This document shows, piece by piece, positions 61,435 to 64,000 of a stretch of 64,000 nucleotides of DNA (position 1 is its first letter; every line of letters begins with the position of its first letter). Made by a program: the position numbers and the translations under genes. Source of the stretch: Azolla caroliniana (taxonomy: Eukaryota > Plantae > Polypodiophyta); assembly GCA_043228905.1 (NCBI GenBank), contig JBHGNT010000002.1:19592001-19656000 (forward strand). Reading direction: 5' to 3'. The notes under the pieces are model-generated. The model saw only the letters and a program-made list of their open reading frames with translations. It did no database searches and was not told the origin of the DNA.

Positions 61435-61806
61435 CCAACACGTTCGCGTTCACAAGTGGAAGGATTGCGCATTCCACTTGTAGAATCTTCTTAAAACGAA
61501 GCAAATACACCCTCTCTACAATAATTGGATGCACTAGTATCACATGTTCCTCAACTTGATAAGAATTTGCAAATATAAAAATACATGATAGATCTACGAG
61601 TGGAGATCATTAGAAATCATGCAAGTTTAGACATGTTGATAAGTTAATGTAGGCATAATAAAGTTCAACTATGGCTCAATATGGCACTATTGTGCGACAA
61701 GGGAAACACTAACTTAAAGACTTATATTAATTAGGTAGGTTTTACAAAAATATGAGGTGTACTTGTATCCATACTAATAAAATGAGATATAATTTATACT
61801 TTGACC

Positions 61807-62090
61807 CATACGTGCATGTATGTAATTGTGGAAAATGTAGGATAGTGCACATTAGGATAAGTGATTGGAATAACTAACTTATTAAAGTATTCAATACTTA
61901 TATTAAAAGTTGATCTAATCTATTCCTCAGTTTGTTCATATGGGATCAAACCATATGTGTATATAATTGTGCACAATGTAAGGCAGTGAACTTTAGGATA
62001 ATGTCGTGGAAATAACAAACCTATTAGGCATTCATACCTGTATTTAAAATTGATCTACTCTATTGCTTAGGTGATTCACACAAGATCAAA
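61807..62090. repeat. Diverged tandem duplication of about 144 bp
   Basis: CCATA...TAATTGTG...AATGTA...TTAGGATAA...TTGATCTA...GATCAAA occurs twice (61807-61950 and 61951-62090). Confidence 0.7.
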
Positions 62091-62484
62091 CTCCGAACGA
62101 TAACGCAACTGGAACCATTATCAACACACTACACAATCTAAGCAGCAATGGAATAGAAACATAATAGTTTTAACAATATAAGACAAAGATCCATAATAAC
62201 AACATGGACAGTCATGGCAACAATTATAGGGCCATGTTCTGTTAAGGTTAGCTTGGACCAAAATCAGCCTCCATTTAAGCTAGTTCATGTTTCTCCATAA
62301 GTTTGGTAGTCAGCTATGCACGCGGTGAAACCAATATCATAAATCTACTAATCAAGTATATAAAAATAAAATTGAAACATATAGATGATTATAAAGAATA
62401 GAATCCACTAGGTAAAACCCAAAATTTGTATTAATAATGTGAAATCTTAACAAATCGTCAGTGTCATATTCTTTATAGAGTCTA

Positions 62485-64000
62485 TTACATAGCAATCAAT
62501 TCATCAACGTCATTTTCTTCATCATCTTGTGTAGAATTGTCTTCGGCTATACGTGCATTGGTTTCCCCTGTTAGCCAAGCCAACGAAATATCTTCTATAA
62601 GCTCATCATCAAGCTCTATTAGCTCCCCCGGTTCGCCGGCTAACGGAGGAATAGGCTCTCGCGAAGCAGGTTGAAACCTTTCTGTATTGGCGAGGTTCTT
62701 TGCACCGACCTCCTCATCCTGGTCTGGGCACTCCCACAAAGCCTTAATCCGCATATTAATAAATATAACTTGGTCCTCGTCCTTCTCCAATGCAACTGTA
62801 TTTCTAAACAGCTTCAATGCACATGCTGACGTAGTTCCTATGATGTAAGTAACAAGAAGATTTAGTTGTCAAACGAAAAAAAAGTGATTGGTTATCTCAA
62901 GATCGTTACCCTAGTTCGAGGAATACCTGTGCCAGAAAAGAGATCTAATATCCAGTCTCCTTCGACAGAAAACATCTCGATCAAGCGCATCATAAGTCGT
63001 TGAGGTTTTTGGTATGGGTTGACAAGTCCCCGTTCTGTCATGGTGACATGTCGCAATTTCCGAGTCACTGCTGGATATACCAACAGATTTGAACCTCCCA
63101 CTTCATTAGAATGCTCTTTGATTCTCTATTTTTTAATTTCATCGAAGTAGCCAACCGTTATGTATTCAATGGCATTAACGAACCGAAAAGTTGGCCCTCT
63201 ATTTACATTGGTCTTGATCCTATAAAAAATAATTCATCGAGTTAAGAATAGATTCAACAACCTTAAGAATTGCAATATAATGAAAGACACCTACAAATAA
63301 TTCTTACCATGCAAGGTTCTCGATGCCATGGCAACGAGATCTCAAAGCTTGAGCTACCGAGTACCCTTGGTCCATACTATGAAAGACAACTATTCGCCAC
63401 AAGGATGCGGTCGTTAGCTCAGCGAAATCCTTGACCATCTTCTCCAATTGTTTAAACCTAAACGGTTCATCGTCGTATGATGACCCAGCCATTCGAAATC
63501 CGTAAGGAATATCCGCAATCATTAGCGTATATTCCTTCTTTGGCACCTTCTGGATCAAGTCGATGACATCACCGCAAACCACATTGTAGTAAAGATCTCT
63601 CGTAATATCTTTTTTGTGGCTAAATTTTTTAAACGAGCCATCTTCCTCCATTTCGTACGCCTTGACTAAGCGACGATCCATTTCTTTTCTGGCTCGCTCG
63701 AGATGTGCAAGGAAGGATGTAGGGAAATCGTGTATATCCTTAACTTCTCCTTGTTTCTTGCCTCGACACGGTTTCTAATAGAAGCAATAGGACATCAGGT
63801 ATTATTATACAAGCTCTACATATGATGAAAGGGTAATGAAAAAACATGAATACTAACCCAATCCTTGAATGCAATAAAATACTCTGATAACGCCTTATAC
63901 GAAGACGTTAGAGGATAATCCTCGGTCACTTGTTCCCAAGTTATACATCCAAGTTGTTTCATCATAACTTCTTGGATCTTCATGTACACCTTATGACTGT
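62485..64000 (-). pseudogene. Beta-class N6-adenine/N4-cytosine DNA methyltransferase gene, copy 2 (spliced; complete catalytic domain with one premature stop; 5' part outside the window)
   Basis: Removing GT-AG introns 63220-63307 and 62838-62926 gives VVCGDVIDLIQKV...LMIADIPYG...LAWIKTN...NPYQKPQRLMMRLIEMFSVEGDWILDLFSGTGTTSACALKLFRNTVALEKD. This is motif order IV-TRD-X-I-II. In-frame TAG at 63126-63128. Confidence 0.88.

Noticed and set aside
60848-63681. Bacterial contamination or a restriction-modification system
   Set aside because: The MTase has GT-AG introns conserved in both copies, lies among plant TEs, and has no restriction enzyme or operon features nearby.
63816-63857. A third intron in MTase copy 2 (GTTAGT...TGTAG)
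   Set aside because: Only 42 nt long, and the adjacent frame contains stops. The exon structure upstream of 63681 cannot be fixed from this window.

Overview
Repeat-dense, heterochromatin-like land-plant DNA. The TE complement suggests a non-seed plant, but that is inference. Positions 1-19291 hold a nested stack of four Ty3/Gypsy elements of one family in a Copia remnant. This family has a tRNA-Trp PBS and 4-bp target sites with a central CG. Next come a CACTA remnant and a spliced CBS-CBS-PB1 pseudogene split by a full-length Tork/Tnt1-like Copia. After that are Copia and solo-LTR remnants and a six-copy 416-bp tandem array. The array is invaded by a Copia, whose 3' LTR carries an intact RTEX-like LINE, and by a deleted chromovirus. 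The most notable region is 55191-64000. There, a degenerate DDD-type (Sola/DUF7869-like) transposase gene lies divergently from an intron-containing, bacterial-type beta-class N6-adenine/N4-cytosine DNA methyltransferase gene. A second, inverted copy of the methyltransferase follows. A shared 28-bp end motif suggests that transposase and methyltransferase travel together in one DNA transposon. All calls come from reading the sequence by eye; no searches were run.
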